Counted from the stretch's first letter, positions 49,702 through 61,208 are shown. The stretch: DNA of 64,000 nt from an uncultured Desulfosarcina sp. (GCA_963674945.2 CAXXWQ010000004.1:928001-992000), one strand, 5' to 3'. Notes: generated by a model not told the origin, from the letters alone. Translations and numbers: made by a program.

Positions 49702-49875
49702 CGGCGGCTGCCGTCATCAAATTAGAATGCCTGCTATTTCGAAGCTCTGCCGTTTACTATGCCCTTAGAGCTTGCATGATTCTTCCAATGACCATCCGTT
49801 TATACATCTGTTTGCGAAGTAAGCAAGAACTGCAATCGTCAAAATTGTTCCTAACATAGGGCACCTACCTTTCGG

Positions 49876-50010
49876 TTATCCCGCCACATCGATCCCTGGA
49901 TCACATCCCAGATGTTCGTCTTTGTTATCACATTCGAAATTTTTCTCACGTGTATCAACATGTCCTTCGTTCCTGTCGTCGGTATAGTCCTGAACTTTTT
50001 CTTCGACCAT
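49876..50010 (-). CDS. Small acidic 44-aa ORF (below the ORF-track cutoff)
   Basis: Strong GGAGGTGA RBS 4 nt before the ATG; MVEEKVQDYTDDRNEGH..CDPGIDVAG. Confidence 0.45.
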   Translation of the reverse strand: MVEEKVQDYTDDRNEGHVDTREKNFECDNKDEHLGCDPGIDVAG

Positions 50011-50651
50011 TATATCACCTCCCATGTTTTTCTGAATTTTGCTGTATTTTCTCTACTACATTGAAAAATACGGCATGATCGCAATTAGGCAATGTGAGTC
50101 GGTTAGTTGAAGTGTGGCAGGTAGAAACTACCATCAACCCAAGGAAGAAGCGGCAGATAAAGACTTGAACTGCTCCGAATGGGAAAGGGTAAAGCCTCGC
50201 AATCTCCAAGGGAATTATAAAGGTGGACGCTTAGATTTTTTTTGAGGTGGGCGATAGTCTAATTTTGCACGATTGCAAATATGGATAAGAAACCTTGGTA
50301 CACGTGTCCCAAGCGACTGCAACAACATTCTTAAAATTGAATTCTCTATAATAGACATTATTATCTGTAAAATAAATGCCAAACGCATATAATTCGGAAT
50401 TCGAAAGGAAGGTTACATATGAATTCATCAAGTACAAGTACTGACCAAGGTGAAAGATACGAAGCAAAAGAGAAAGAGGCTGCTGCCAATTCAAGTTCAA
50501 GGGGAAAAAAAGGTATTTGGGAAAAATATACTGAACGGTTGAAGGATACAAAGTGTTCGAGGACGTCGCAGGATTGCGAATAATAATAATGACACCCACA
50601 GAGACCAGGCTTGGTGAGCCCCCCCTCGAAGGAGGCTTGAATCCATCTCAA

Positions 50652-50686
50652 TGAACGTCGAACGTCCAACTTCGAACATCGAATAT
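50652..50686. repeat. Degenerate heptamer run (CGAACRT-like x5)
   Basis: TGAACGT CGAACGT CCAACTT CGAACAT CGAATAT. Confidence 0.6.
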
Positions 50687-50699
50687 GGTATTTTTTTAT

Positions 50700-50957
50700 T
50701 TACATCAGAGAGGCAACGCAAAGAGATCCTACCAACAACAAGAGACCCGTTCCGATCAGCAGCAATGATAATTTGAGATTACTCTTTTCGGTTGCGGGTC
50801 CTGTTTCGTCTTTTGGTTGTGGATTCCCTTTGTTTTGCTTGTATAGTGCCACGATTTCATCCATGGGCAGATAATCCAGATCCCAATGGGTGACGCGTTG
50901 GGTTTTCTCTTTCTCTTTGTAGACGCGAATTTTTGGATGACCGTTGTTCATTGTCAT
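50700..50957 (-). CDS. Small hypothetical protein with a C-terminal TM helix
   Basis: AGGGAG RBS; hydrophobic C-terminus. Confidence 0.55.
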   Translation of the reverse strand: MTMNNGHPKIRVYKEKEKTQRVTHWDLDYLPMDEIVALYKQNKGNPQPKDETGPATEKSNLKLSLLLIGTGLLLLVGSLCVASLM

Positions 50958-51180
50958 CTCCCTTCGGTTACTTCTTCTAAAGCGATTTATTTAGTCAACA
51001 CCCACGAGTAAACATTTTATTGGGTGTTTGTCACTTCTTTGTCAATCGTTAAAATAATGCATCTGGAGAGATCGACAACCATGGCCGATTGACCGGATGG
51101 TAGCAGTCAGGAACTACCACCATGAACTTTTGCCTTGGTCTACGAATACCGGATATACGGGTCGAAAAAAGATGCACCGT

Positions 51181-52586
51181 CACTCTTGTCCAAGAACCGA
51201 TTTGAACAGAAGTAATTCGATAAGCACTTGAAAAAAAGCCTCCTTGTAAGGCATGGTTTAATCGCCAAAAGAAACCGTTAGCCAAACAAAGGAGGCAGAC
51301 AGATGGTACGCCATGCAAGCTTGTTCAGTCAACTGGTTGCTTTGTTTCATCGAGGTCAATTTTTCAATCTGGTTTTTCGTCATCAAGCTGAACGTTACGC
51401 AAAAGGCTTCAGCAGTTGGGACCATTTTGTAGCCATGCTTTTTTGTCAACTGGCTCAAGCCAAGAGTCTGCGTGAAATTTGTGGCGGATTATCCTGTTGC
51501 CTTGGCAAACTCCGTCACCTTGGGGTGAAAAAGGCGCCGAACAAATCCACGTTGTCCTATGCCAATGCCCATCGGCCCTGGCAAATGTATCGCGACCTTT
51601 TTTACCAGACACTTGATGTGTGCAAGATGACAGGTCCAGGCAAACATCGGTTCCGATTTAAAAATAAGTTGCTGTCGCTGGACAGTTCAACCATTTCGCT
51701 GTGTTTGTCGCTTTTTCCGTGGGCAAAATTCCGCCAGACCAAGGGGGCCGTTAAACTTCACTTGCTATTGGATCATGACGGGTATCTGCCGACCTATGCT
51801 TATATCTCCAACGGCAAAAAGCATGATGTCACCATTGCCCGTAAGATTCCTCTGTCACCCCAATCGATCGTCGCCATGGATCGGGGGTATAATGATTATC
51901 GGCTATTTGCTTACTGGACGGAAAATCAGATCTATTTTGTCACCCGTTTAAAGGACAATGCCGATTACACGGTGATTGAACAACGACAGGTCCCTTTCAA
52001 TAGAAACATCCTGTCCGACGAATTGATCCAGTTCAACGGTCACTACGCTCGTAAGAATTGTCCCCACACGCTACGAAAGGTAACCGTTTGGGATAAAGAA
52101 CAGGATCGTGAAATCGTATTGCTGACCAATCATCTGGAATTTGGGGCCACCACAATATCCGCCATTTACAAAGATCGATGGCAAATAGAATTGTTCTTCA
52201 AGGCACTCAAACAGAATCTGAAGGTGAAAACCTTTGTTGGAACCAGCGAGAATGCGCTGTATATCCAGATTTGGACAGCATTAATTGCCATGCTGCTAAT
52301 CAAGTACCTGAAGTTTAAGTCCCGATTCAATTGGTCGTTGTCAAATCTGGTTGCTTTTCTCAGATGGAATCTTTTTACTTACAGGGATTTATGGGAATGG
52401 ATTGACAAACCATTCGATGTTCTCCCCGGAATGATTCAGCATGTCCAATATCAACTTCCATTTAAAGGAATTGGACAGCACAAGTTGAAAATGGGAACCT
52501 GATCTTGAAGTTTGCGGTTTATACCGCCTAAACAATTGAAATTTCAAAGAGCAATTAAGAATTTCTATTTATTTTGGACAGCAGTG
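51181..52586 (+). mobile_element. IS4-family element, 1406 bp, 9-bp target duplication ATGCACCGT
   Basis: IRs CACTCTTGTCCAA / CACTGCTGTCCAA; TSD at 51172-51180 and 52587-52595. Confidence 0.93.
51303..52502 (+). CDS. IS4-family transposase
   Basis: LDSSTI, KLH, DRGY, YK.RWQIELFFK.LKQ (YREK motif). Confidence 0.95.
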   Translation: MVRHASLFSQLVALFHRGQFFNLVFRHQAERYAKGFSSWDHFVAMLFCQLAQAKSLREICGGLSCCLGKLRHLGVKKAPNKSTLSYANAHRPWQMYRDLFYQTLDVCKMTGPGKHRFRFKNKLLSLDSSTISLCLSLFPWAKFRQTKGAVKLHLLLDHDGYLPTYAYISNGKKHDVTIARKIPLSPQSIVAMDRGYNDYRLFAYWTENQIYFVTRLKDNADYTVIEQRQVPFNRNILSDELIQFNGHYARKNCPHTLRKVTVWDKEQDREIVLLTNHLEFGATTISAIYKDRWQIELFFKALKQNLKVKTFVGTSENALYIQIWTALIAMLLIKYLKFKSRFNWSLSNLVAFLRWNLFTYRDLWEWIDKPFDVLPGMIQHVQYQLPFKGIGQHKLKMGT

Positions 52587-52858
52587 ATGCACCGTATGAA
52601 CACAGCTACAGTTTAAATTGGATGGCATCCAGCAACAGTCGTTTGAGCGTGATATTGCGGTGCCGGTGAGGCGTTTTCATAAGCGGCGCTTCGGAAGGGG
52701 TTGGCCAAATGGTGCTATTGATAAAAACCCTGTCTGGATTGTACAATAGGGTAAGTGCTGCGTCGTTAAAAAAATGAAGCCCAGTCGAATCGGAACAAGA
52801 AACACAGAAGAAACGCAAACCAAAGCAAAGCCAAGGTGCCGTAACAGGCTACCTTCGC

Positions 52859-54133
52859 ATGATTGACCAAACAATCGAGGGAAAATTTCATTCGAACATC
52901 ATGGAAGCACAAACCCACCAATTGATTCAAGTTGTCTATTGCAGTACAGCTACGGACGAAATGACGCGGGATAAAATCGAACGCTTGCTTCGGGCTTCTC
53001 AAAAACGCAACGAGAAATTGGGTATCACGGGCATGCTGCTCTGCGCGGGGCGAAGTTTCCTTCAAGTGATCGAAGGTGAAAAAAAGAATGTCGACAAGCT
53101 CGTCTCCTCCATTGAGAGGGATGAGCGACATCAAAACATCACTGTCATCATCCGCGAGCCCATCGCCAAACGCGCCTTCGGTGACTGGACAATGGGCTAC
53201 GCCGACCTGAAAATGGCCGATGTCGAAACCATCATCGGCATCAACGATTTTTTCCAGCAGGATGAACCGTTTACCCAAATTGAACACGGAAGGGCAAAAA
53301 AACTTCTGGATTTGTTCAAAAAAGGCCGCTGGCGGGCAAAAATTCGCAACCATGTCGATCAAAACGGTCCCGTTTGCCGGTACCGCTGCAATGCGGCTTT
53401 TGCAGCCGCTACAGCCAGCACACCGCCGGCTGGCGCATCCTATTCCTTTGCCTTTCAACCCATCGTGAATACCAGCGACTGCACCATTTTTTCCTATGAG
53501 GCACTTTTACGGGGCACGGACGAAGAATCTGCTATGGATGTCATGAACACCATTCCTCCTGCCGGACGGGCTGCATTTAGCGATGAATCCTGCATCCAGG
53601 CCCTGCATTGGGCGGCCTATCGGGGACTTTCCACGCGTTTGAACCTGAATATCATGCCGTCGATGGTGTCCTCCTCGCCTTCTTCCATCGTGTCGATCCT
53701 GGAAGCGGTGGAGCGGCTGCACATCTTGCCGAAGCAGATCGTATTGGAAATCCTGGAAAGCGAGGTCGTCGGGTCGTTGAAAGGTTTTTCAACTGCACTG
53801 CGGGATTACCGCAGAACAGGGTTGCTTTTCGCGATTGACGATTTCGGGGCCGGATACGCCGGATTGAATCTGCTCGCCGAGTTTCAGCCCGACTTTCTCA
53901 AATTGGACCTGCGCCTGGTTCGAGACGTCGAAAAAAAAGGACCCAAACAGGCGATTATCCGAGGAATCCGTCGCACCTGCCTCGATCTGGGCATAGAGAT
54001 CATCGCAGAAGGGGTTGAAACGGAAAGCGAATTCCGCTGGTTGCAGGAAGAGGGCATTCGTTTGTTTCAGGGATATCTCTTTGCCCGACCGGCCTTCCAA
54101 AAATTGCCGGCTTCACTCTTTGGTCCTGCTTGA
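52859..54133 (+). CDS. BLUF-EAL blue-light-regulated c-di-GMP phosphodiesterase
   Basis: BLUF Y.S, RN...ITGML, FLQV.EG, WTM; EAL domain YEALLR, IDDFGAGY, AEGVET, QGY. Confidence 0.9.
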   Translation: MIDQTIEGKFHSNIMEAQTHQLIQVVYCSTATDEMTRDKIERLLRASQKRNEKLGITGMLLCAGRSFLQVIEGEKKNVDKLVSSIERDERHQNITVIIREPIAKRAFGDWTMGYADLKMADVETIIGINDFFQQDEPFTQIEHGRAKKLLDLFKKGRWRAKIRNHVDQNGPVCRYRCNAAFAAATASTPPAGASYSFAFQPIVNTSDCTIFSYEALLRGTDEESAMDVMNTIPPAGRAAFSDESCIQALHWAAYRGLSTRLNLNIMPSMVSSSPSSIVSILEAVERLHILPKQIVLEILESEVVGSLKGFSTALRDYRRTGLLFAIDDFGAGYAGLNLLAEFQPDFLKLDLRLVRDVEKKGPKQAIIRGIRRTCLDLGIEIIAEGVETESEFRWLQEEGIRLFQGYLFARPAFQKLPASLFGPA

Positions 54134-54399
54134 TCGAGTTTTTCGGATCATTTTCGGTCATGTCTTGCTGGAAATCGTCAGGAATGTGTTTCCGCACATT
54201 CGGTAAAATTTCTCTTGCGCCTTGATCGCGACCGGACATACCGATTTCTTGATACGAAATTGGTAGGATTAACCTACCGGCAACCGGTCAACTGTCTCAT
54301 ATTGCTGCAATCCGTACCTGTATTACTATCATGCCATACAAAATCTATAAGCAAACACAGACAACCTTCTGTGATTGGTTGTCTGCAGGGGGTGTAGCC

Positions 54400-55479
54400 A
54401 TGAAATGGTCTGTCAAAATAGGAAGATTCGTCGGTATCGATGTACATATGCATTTGACTTTCCTGCTGTTGATTGGATGGATCGCGCTGATACACTGGCA
54501 AGTTGGCCGCAGCGTTTTGGCAGCCCTGGTCGGGGTGATGTTTGTCCTCGCCATCTTCATGTGCGTGGTCCTGCACGAATTCGGCCATGCCTTGATGGCC
54601 AGGCGCTATGAAATTGCGACCCGCGACATCATTTTGCTGCCCATCGGCGGTGTGGCGCGCCTGGAGAGGATGCCCAGCCAACCGATTCAGGAGCTGTGGG
54701 TCGCCTTGGCCGGACCCGCCGTGAATGCGGTCATCGCCTTGGCATTGTTCGTATGGCTGAAATTGACTGCCTCGTGGGAGCCGTTCCAGAGCCTGACCGT
54801 AACTGCCGGTCCTTTTCTCGAGCGTCTCATGGCGGTCAATCTTTTCATGATCGCCTTCAATATGATTCCGGCCTTTCCCATGGACGGGGGGCGTGTCTTG
54901 CGTGCCATACTGGCTACCCGGCAGGACTACAGCCGCGCAACGGGCATCGCCGCCGCCATCGGCCGCACAATTGCCTTGTTGTTCGCCGTGATTGGACTCT
55001 TCTACAATCCGTTTTTGATTCTCATTGCGCTGTTTGTCTGGATGGGTGCGACCCAAGAAGCCGGCATGGCGCGGCTGAAATCTGACATCGGCGGTATTCC
55101 GGTTCATCAGGCAATGGTGAGTGATTTTAAGACGCTTTCCATCCAGGACAGTTTGCACCGCGCCGTTGAATTGTCCTTGGCGGGGACCCAGAAAGATTTT
55201 CCGGTGATCAGCGACGGGGCTTTGGAGGGTATGCTCAGGCAAACCGACCTGTTGAGGGCCTTGTCCGCACACGATGCCCAGTCGACCGTGGGATCCGTGG
55301 TCAGACAGGACGTGGCCACCGTTGACTTCACGGAGATGCTGGATGCTGTGGTCGCCAAATTTAGCGCCTGTCAATGCCACACCCTGCCCGTCACCCGAGA
55401 CGGCGAACTCGTCGGCCTGTTGACATCGGACAATCTCGAGGCCTTGGTGCGCATTCGGGCTGCCGCGTCCAACTCGTAA
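54400..55479 (+). CDS. Site-2 (M50) protease with CBS domains
   Basis: [34 protein letters not shown], two CBS domains. Confidence 0.93.
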   Translation: MKWSVKIGRFVGIDVHMHLTFLLLIGWIALIHWQVGRSVLAALVGVMFVLAIFMCVVLHEFGHALMARRYEIATRDIILLPIGGVARLERMPSQPIQELWVALAGPAVNAVIALALFVWLKLTASWEPFQSLTVTAGPFLERLMAVNLFMIAFNMIPAFPMDGGRVLRAILATRQDYSRATGIAAAIGRTIALLFAVIGLFYNPFLILIALFVWMGATQEAGMARLKSDIGGIPVHQAMVSDFKTLSIQDSLHRAVELSLAGTQKDFPVISDGALEGMLRQTDLLRALSAHDAQSTVGSVVRQDVATVDFTEMLDAVVAKFSACQCHTLPVTRDGELVGLLTSDNLEALVRIRAAASNS

Positions 55480-55496
55480 TGGAGCGGAACAACATT

Positions 55497-56465
55497 TCAT
55501 GGCAGCAGTCCCGCGTGCCTTGCGTAACGATGCACGACTTCACGCGATGCGGCCGTTGACGAACGCCGAACCAACGGATAAAGCCGCCGGCAATCGTCCA
55601 GTGACAATTGGTCGGTGAGCATACCGACGTTCAGTTCATCGCGCGTATGCGGGTACGATGCGTCGTCATCGATGATCTCCTCCTTGACAATCAGTTTGTT
55701 GTAGATCAATGCACGCGCCGCAAGAAGATCCTCGGCGTGGAATCGGCCATGGGGATGAAACCGATAGTAGAGGGTCAACAGGTCACCGGGTCCGAACAGA
55801 TGGCGACGACAGCCTAACTGACGCACAACACCGGTCATGAGAAAATGGACGCGCAAGGGATAGCCGACCGGCAGTCTCCGCCTGAGCGCTTGCCAGAGGG
55901 GATAGTGAATTTGACCGGCTTCGATGTACGTCTTGCCTGTTTCCCTTAAAAGAGCCGCCATTGCCCGGGCCCGCATGCCGTCGCGCAGGGTGAACCGCTT
56001 AGCATCTGCCCGGGCGAAGCGTTTGACCGCTGCTACGGTGGTCTCGAAATTGCCGGTGGTGGATGTGTGGTAAAAATCGAGCAGGGCCTTGGCGGCCGAG
56101 CGTTCAACCCGATAAACGCGCTGTTGATCCGTGCCTGCAGGCAGATCCTGCGGCCCCTGACCGTTGGCAAACAAGTCGTGGATTGCCAGAAGAACATCCA
56201 TGAAAGGATCGAGCTGAACCAGCCGGGCGCCGGCCCGATGCAGCTCGCGCAGGATTTGGGCCATACGATGGCTGAATGCCGGGTATTCTATATCCTGCGT
56301 TTCGAGATAATCCGCGATGGAAATCCCACCATCGAGCATGGCTGCAAAGCGGTCGTCCACCGGCTCTTCCAAAATAATCGTGTCGTGGGCCACCATCAGC
56401 TGCCGAGCAAGCGGCAGGGTTTCCGGACGATGATTGGCCAAAACGAGGATCGCGGACATCGTCAT
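55497..56465 (-). CDS. Hypothetical protein
   Basis: 322-aa ORF with GGAGGA RBS. Confidence 0.65.
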   Translation of the reverse strand: MTMSAILVLANHRPETLPLARQLMVAHDTIILEEPVDDRFAAMLDGGISIADYLETQDIEYPAFSHRMAQILRELHRAGARLVQLDPFMDVLLAIHDLFANGQGPQDLPAGTDQQRVYRVERSAAKALLDFYHTSTTGNFETTVAAVKRFARADAKRFTLRDGMRARAMAALLRETGKTYIEAGQIHYPLWQALRRRLPVGYPLRVHFLMTGVVRQLGCRRHLFGPGDLLTLYYRFHPHGRFHAEDLLAARALIYNKLIVKEEIIDDDASYPHTRDELNVGMLTDQLSLDDCRRLYPLVRRSSTAASREVVHRYARHAGLLP

Positions 56466-56657
56466 GCCTTCCTCCTTGTGCGTTTCTGTCCCGCAATTGT
56501 CGTTTACAAGACGGCAATCTTCATGCGATGATTCATTCTATTCCTCATATTTCTGATCGTGATTGGATGATCGGTATCCGCCCAGTATACGTATACTTCG
56601 AACCAATCCGCGGAACCATATCCCATTGACCGTTATCGCTCTACAAAAGGAGAATTC

Positions 56658-57983
56658 ATGCTGGAATTTACACTCTCACCGGAGCAGATCGAACTCCAAC
56701 AAAAAGCCCGCACGTTTGCCTTGACGGAGATCCTGCCGGTTGCGTGGTACTACGATGAAGCCGATGAGATGCCGCTGTCCGTGCTGCGCAAAGCCTACGA
56801 TGCCGGTATCATGAATATCGACATCCCCAAATCCTACGGCGGTCAGGGACTGGGCCTGGTGGAAGCCGCCATCCTGACCGAAGAAATGGCGGCAGTTTGC
56901 CCGGGTCTGGCCACATCGATTTTTGACAATTCTCTGGGCATGGAACCCTTGCTCCTCTCTAACAACGAAAGCCTGCGCGCGCACTACCTACCGAAAATTC
57001 TCAAGGAATTCAAAAAAATCAGCTTTGCCACCTCCGAACCACTGATGGGTTCGGATGTGGCCGGCATTCGCTGCAACGCCACAGCGGACGGGGACGACTA
57101 TATCCTCAACGGAACCAAATACTGGATTACCAACGGCGGTGTGGCGGATTATGTCTCGGTGTTCGCCACCGTCGATTCCAAGAAGCAGCATGACGGCATT
57201 TGTGCATTTCTGGTGGAGACAAACTGGCCCGGCGTTCGCGTGGGGCGTCCGATCCCCAAGATGGGCCAACGCAGCTCGAACACGGTGGCATTGAAATTCG
57301 ACAATGTTCGTATTCCGCGAGGCAATATCCTGGCCCCACCGGGAAAGGGTTTCGTCCTGGCCATGAAGACCTTCGGCCGCACCCGTCCCATCATCGGTGC
57401 ATTCGGTGTGGGTGCCGCACGTTCCGCCATGGAATTCTCACTGGATTATGCCAAAAAGCGCAAGGCCTTCGGCATGCCCATCTCCGGGTTCCAGGCCATC
57501 CAGTTCAAAATCGCCGAGATGTACCAGAAAGTCGAAACCGCCCGGCTTCTCACCCTCAAGGCCGCCTGGGAGGCCGACCAGGGTATCGATCCCACTCTGA
57601 ATGCGTCCATCGCCAAATTCTATGCCACGGAAGCTGCGTTCGAGGTGGTCAACGAGGCCCTTCAGATCTTCGGTGGCTTTGGCTACACCAAAATGTTCCC
57701 CGTGGAGAAGCTTCTGCGCGATGTCCGCCTGCTGCGCATCTATGAGGGGACCAGCGAGGTACAGCGGTTGATCGTCGCCGGTCATGTGATGGGCCAGTAC
57801 CAGCCGGTCATGCCGCCACTGGAAGATCTGCCCCTGCATCGCGAGACCGACCCGCTGGCCGATGGCGGTGGGCAGACCACATGGCGCTGCCGTATATGTG
57901 GTCATGTGCATTACGGTGACGAGGCGCCCGACGAATGTCCCTACTGCTTTTTCCCCGCAACGGCGTTCAAGAAAATGGGATAA
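56658..57983 (+). CDS. Acyl-CoA dehydrogenase with C-terminal rubredoxin-like domain
   Basis: SEP..GSD, NGTK.WITNG, KMGQR, FGG.GY, IYEGTSE; WRCRICGHVH....P..CP.C. Confidence 0.92.
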   Translation: MLEFTLSPEQIELQQKARTFALTEILPVAWYYDEADEMPLSVLRKAYDAGIMNIDIPKSYGGQGLGLVEAAILTEEMAAVCPGLATSIFDNSLGMEPLLLSNNESLRAHYLPKILKEFKKISFATSEPLMGSDVAGIRCNATADGDDYILNGTKYWITNGGVADYVSVFATVDSKKQHDGICAFLVETNWPGVRVGRPIPKMGQRSSNTVALKFDNVRIPRGNILAPPGKGFVLAMKTFGRTRPIIGAFGVGAARSAMEFSLDYAKKRKAFGMPISGFQAIQFKIAEMYQKVETARLLTLKAAWEADQGIDPTLNASIAKFYATEAAFEVVNEALQIFGGFGYTKMFPVEKLLRDVRLLRIYEGTSEVQRLIVAGHVMGQYQPVMPPLEDLPLHRETDPLADGGGQTTWRCRICGHVHYGDEAPDECPYCFFPATAFKKMG

Positions 57984-58030
57984 CCGTCACCGGGTTGGTA
58001 ACCATCCGCATCCTTCGGCACTGAGGCGTA

Positions 58031-58756
58031 TCATTTCTTCTTTGGACTCTCTTTGTGCGTGCCGATCATTCGTTTGGTCTGGTTGATGCGCTTGGTAATC
58101 AAAATCGACCGCGGACAGGCCCGGGTACATTGAAAATGATTTTGGCAAAGCCACACGCCGCTTTTGTGATCCAGCACATCCATGCGTGCCTCGAATCCAT
58201 GATCCCGCGTATCCGCAAGAAACCGGTAGGCCTGGACGATGGCTGCCGGGCCGAGAAAGGCGGGGTTGTCTGCCAGCACCGGGCAGGCCGAATAGCAGGC
58301 CGCACATAGGAGGCAGTTGGTGGTGTCATCGAACTGCATCCGTTCTTCCTGGGATTGGATGCGCTCTTTTTCGGCCACCGGCGCATCATTGATCAAATAA
58401 GGTTTGATCGATCTGTATTTTCTGAAAAAATCACTCTGATCGACAATCAGATCCCGTTGGACCGGTAAAAAACGCAGCGGTGCCACTGTAACGGTGTCCC
58501 CCTCTTTGTCGACCACATCCTTGATCAGGGTCTTGCAGGCCAGGCCGTCCTTGCCGTTGATGCGCATGGCGTCCGAACCGCAGACACCGTGGGCACAGCT
58601 TTTGCGGAAACACAGGCTTCCATCCTGAAAGCGCTTGACCTGCATGAGCGCATCCAGGAGCCGGTCGTTGGGTTCGGCATCCACCGTATATTCCTGCTCG
58701 TAGGGTGCCTCGTCGGTGTCGGGATTGTACCGTTGGATCTGTAAGATGATTTTCAT
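58031..58756 (-). CDS. sdhB: Succinate dehydrogenase/fumarate reductase Fe-S subunit
   Basis: SCAHGVCGSDAM..LAC, CLLCAACYSACP, C.....CT..CP. Confidence 0.93.
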   Translation of the reverse strand: MKIILQIQRYNPDTDEAPYEQEYTVDAEPNDRLLDALMQVKRFQDGSLCFRKSCAHGVCGSDAMRINGKDGLACKTLIKDVVDKEGDTVTVAPLRFLPVQRDLIVDQSDFFRKYRSIKPYLINDAPVAEKERIQSQEERMQFDDTTNCLLCAACYSACPVLADNPAFLGPAAIVQAYRFLADTRDHGFEARMDVLDHKSGVWLCQNHFQCTRACPRSILITKRINQTKRMIGTHKESPKKK

Positions 58757-58771
58757 ATTCGGCTCCTTGGT

Positions 58772-60508
58772 TCAATAGGTGCGCGCCTTGGGTTCCCAGA
58801 TGGAAGTATCCACCGCCTTATGGTCAAGCCGCACCGCATCGTCTTCCAGATAGGCCAGCGAATGTTTGAGCCAGTTGGTGTCGTCTCTTTCCGGAAAGTC
58901 CTCGCGGCTGTGGGCCCCCCGGCTCTCCTGGCGATGGAGGGCCGCCGCGGCGGTAATCAGGGATAGATCCAACAGGTTGCCCAATTCGATGATTTCCAAA
59001 AGGTCGGTATTGAACGATCTGCCCGTGTCCTGGACCCTGACCGATCGATAACGCTCCCGCAGGTGCTGCACCGCGTCCACTGCCGACTGCATATCGTCGG
59101 CATTACGATAGATGCCCACCTTCTCCATCATCGTGGTTTGCATCTCGTCGGTGATGTGGCCGCCGTGGGGGCCGGAGGTGCCATCGGTGAGACGCGCGAC
59201 CAGGGCAAGGGAATCGTCTTTGGCCTCGGCTGGCGGTTGGGGCATGGCGGCATGTTTCACATAATCACCAATGTGTCGACCGGCCCGCCGTCCGAAAACC
59301 ACCAGGTCGAGAAGGCTGTTGGTGCCAAGCCGGTTGGCGCCATGAACGGATACGCAGGCGCATTCCCCGGCTGCGTAAAGGCCGTCGACGATGGTCCCTT
59401 CACCGTCCAATACGACACGTCCATGGTCATCCGTGGGAATTCCGCCCATGGCGTAATGCGCCGTGGGCAGCACCGGTATGGGTGTCTCGGCCGGGTCGAT
59501 GCCCAGATAGGTTTGGCAGAATCCGCTGATGTCGGGCAATTTGCTATTCAGGGTCGTTTTGCCCAAATGGGTCGCATCCAGATGCACATAATCGTCAATT
59601 CTGCGGTCCCCGCGGATTCCCCGCCCTGACCGCACCTCGGTGAGGATGGAACGGGCCACGATGTCCCGGGGGGCCAGGTCCAGGAGGGTCGGCGAGTGGT
59701 GCTCCATGAAGCGCTCTTTGTTTCGATTGCGCAGGATTCCGCCTTCTCCACGAACGGCTTCGGAGATCAGGATGCCCAGGCCCATGATACCGGTGGGATG
59801 GAACTGGAAGAATTCCATATCCTCCAGCGGGATTCCCCGTCGGGCACACACGGCCGGACCGTCGCCGGTGTTGGCGTAGGCGTTGGAGGTGATCTTGAAG
59901 ATTCGCCCGAAGCCGCCGGTGGCAAAAAGGACCGCCTTTGCGGCAAACACATGCAGGTCCCCGCTGGCCAGCTCCACGGCCACGACGCCCTGGGCCGTGT
60001 TGCCATCCAGTATCAGGTCCAGCACCTGAAATTCGTCGAAAAAGGCCACATCGTTCTTGATGCACTGCTGATAGAGGGTCTGTAGGATCATGTGCCCGGT
60101 GCGGTCGGCCGCATAACACGCACGACGAACGGGACCTTCCCCGAAATTTCGGGTATGCCCCCCGAAGCGACGCTGGTCGATGCGACCTTCCGGGGTGCGG
60201 TTGAATGGCAATCCGCGGTTTTCCAGGTCGTATACGGCCTGGACCGCCTCTTCGGCCAAGATTGTCGCCGCCTGCTGATCGACGAGATAATCGCCCCCCT
60301 TGACCGTATCAAACGCATGCCATTCGGGTTTGTCCTCCTCCACGTTGCCCAGCGCGGCGCTGATCCCTCCCTGGGCCGCCCCGGTATGGCTGCGAATGGG
60401 GTACAGCTTGGAGAGAACCGCCGTTTTCGATCGCCGGCCGGCCTCCAGGGCCGCGTAAAGCCCGGCCCCACCGGAGCCGACGATCACCGTGTCGTAGTGG
60501 TGAATCAC
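58772..60508 (-). CDS. sdhA: Succinate dehydrogenase/fumarate reductase flavoprotein
   Basis: [45 protein letters not shown] start after AAGGAGG. Confidence 0.95.
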   Translation of the reverse strand: MIHHYDTVIVGSGGAGLYAALEAGRRSKTAVLSKLYPIRSHTGAAQGGISAALGNVEEDKPEWHAFDTVKGGDYLVDQQAATILAEEAVQAVYDLENRGLPFNRTPEGRIDQRRFGGHTRNFGEGPVRRACYAADRTGHMILQTLYQQCIKNDVAFFDEFQVLDLILDGNTAQGVVAVELASGDLHVFAAKAVLFATGGFGRIFKITSNAYANTGDGPAVCARRGIPLEDMEFFQFHPTGIMGLGILISEAVRGEGGILRNRNKERFMEHHSPTLLDLAPRDIVARSILTEVRSGRGIRGDRRIDDYVHLDATHLGKTTLNSKLPDISGFCQTYLGIDPAETPIPVLPTAHYAMGGIPTDDHGRVVLDGEGTIVDGLYAAGECACVSVHGANRLGTNSLLDLVVFGRRAGRHIGDYVKHAAMPQPPAEAKDDSLALVARLTDGTSGPHGGHITDEMQTTMMEKVGIYRNADDMQSAVDAVQHLRERYRSVRVQDTGRSFNTDLLEIIELGNLLDLSLITAAAALHRQESRGAHSREDFPERDDTNWLKHSLAYLEDDAVRLDHKAVDTSIWEPKARTY

Positions 60509-61208
60509 GAGCACCTCCTTATAGTTTGATTCCCTTTGATCCAGGAACAATTTCGAAAAGAGACCCTTAACGCAATGGGTAACGATATGAACGCGCTTTC
60601 AACATCCATCAATCGAAAAGAAAATCAAAAAAGCCGCTGGCATGAGGAAGCGTTGCGCAGAGGAGCTTGGAATACGGCCACAAAGCAGGGAATCGATGAA
60701 ATCAACGATGCGCCGTTCAACAGTAGCGAACCTCGTCGTGCACCGCAAGAAGAATCACTTCGGTAGGATAGGACCGCCCCATCTTTGTCAATCCAAAGTA
60801 TGGGGCGGGTAACATCAAAATTACCTTACAACGTTTGCGGTTTACACAAATTTTCGGCCTTTGCTCCGCTGCGTCCACAGCCCTCGCAGTAATGCCGATG
60901 TAATCAGTAATGAAATCATTGACCTTGTTATAATATTTGGTAATATGATGCAGCAAATACTTACAAGGTTACCTCAACGCTTGAAACCGAACCTGCGATT
61001 CAGCCCCATTGAACTGACTTTCCGGTCCATTATTCGCCTTATATGAGGAAACCATGGAGGCCATCGGCAAGGCGGCACCGGTTTCTATTCCCGGCTAATG
61101 GTTGTAGCGAAAAATCTGTAAAAGGCCGAATGGCTGTATTCAGCCTTTTTGCGCTTTTATAGCATGGCTTCATATAAAATGTTGATAATGCAGAAGGAGG
61201 TTCATCCG

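Noticed and set aside
54274..55500. Long antisense ORFs (408 aa here; also 40996-42189, 43731-44780, 45229-46131)
   Set aside because: These are shadow or alternative-frame ORFs of well-supported GC-rich genes and show no recognisable motifs.
60620..60800. Structured leader or repeat element upstream of sdhA
   Set aside because: Single copy in the window and no convincing stem or known motif by eye.
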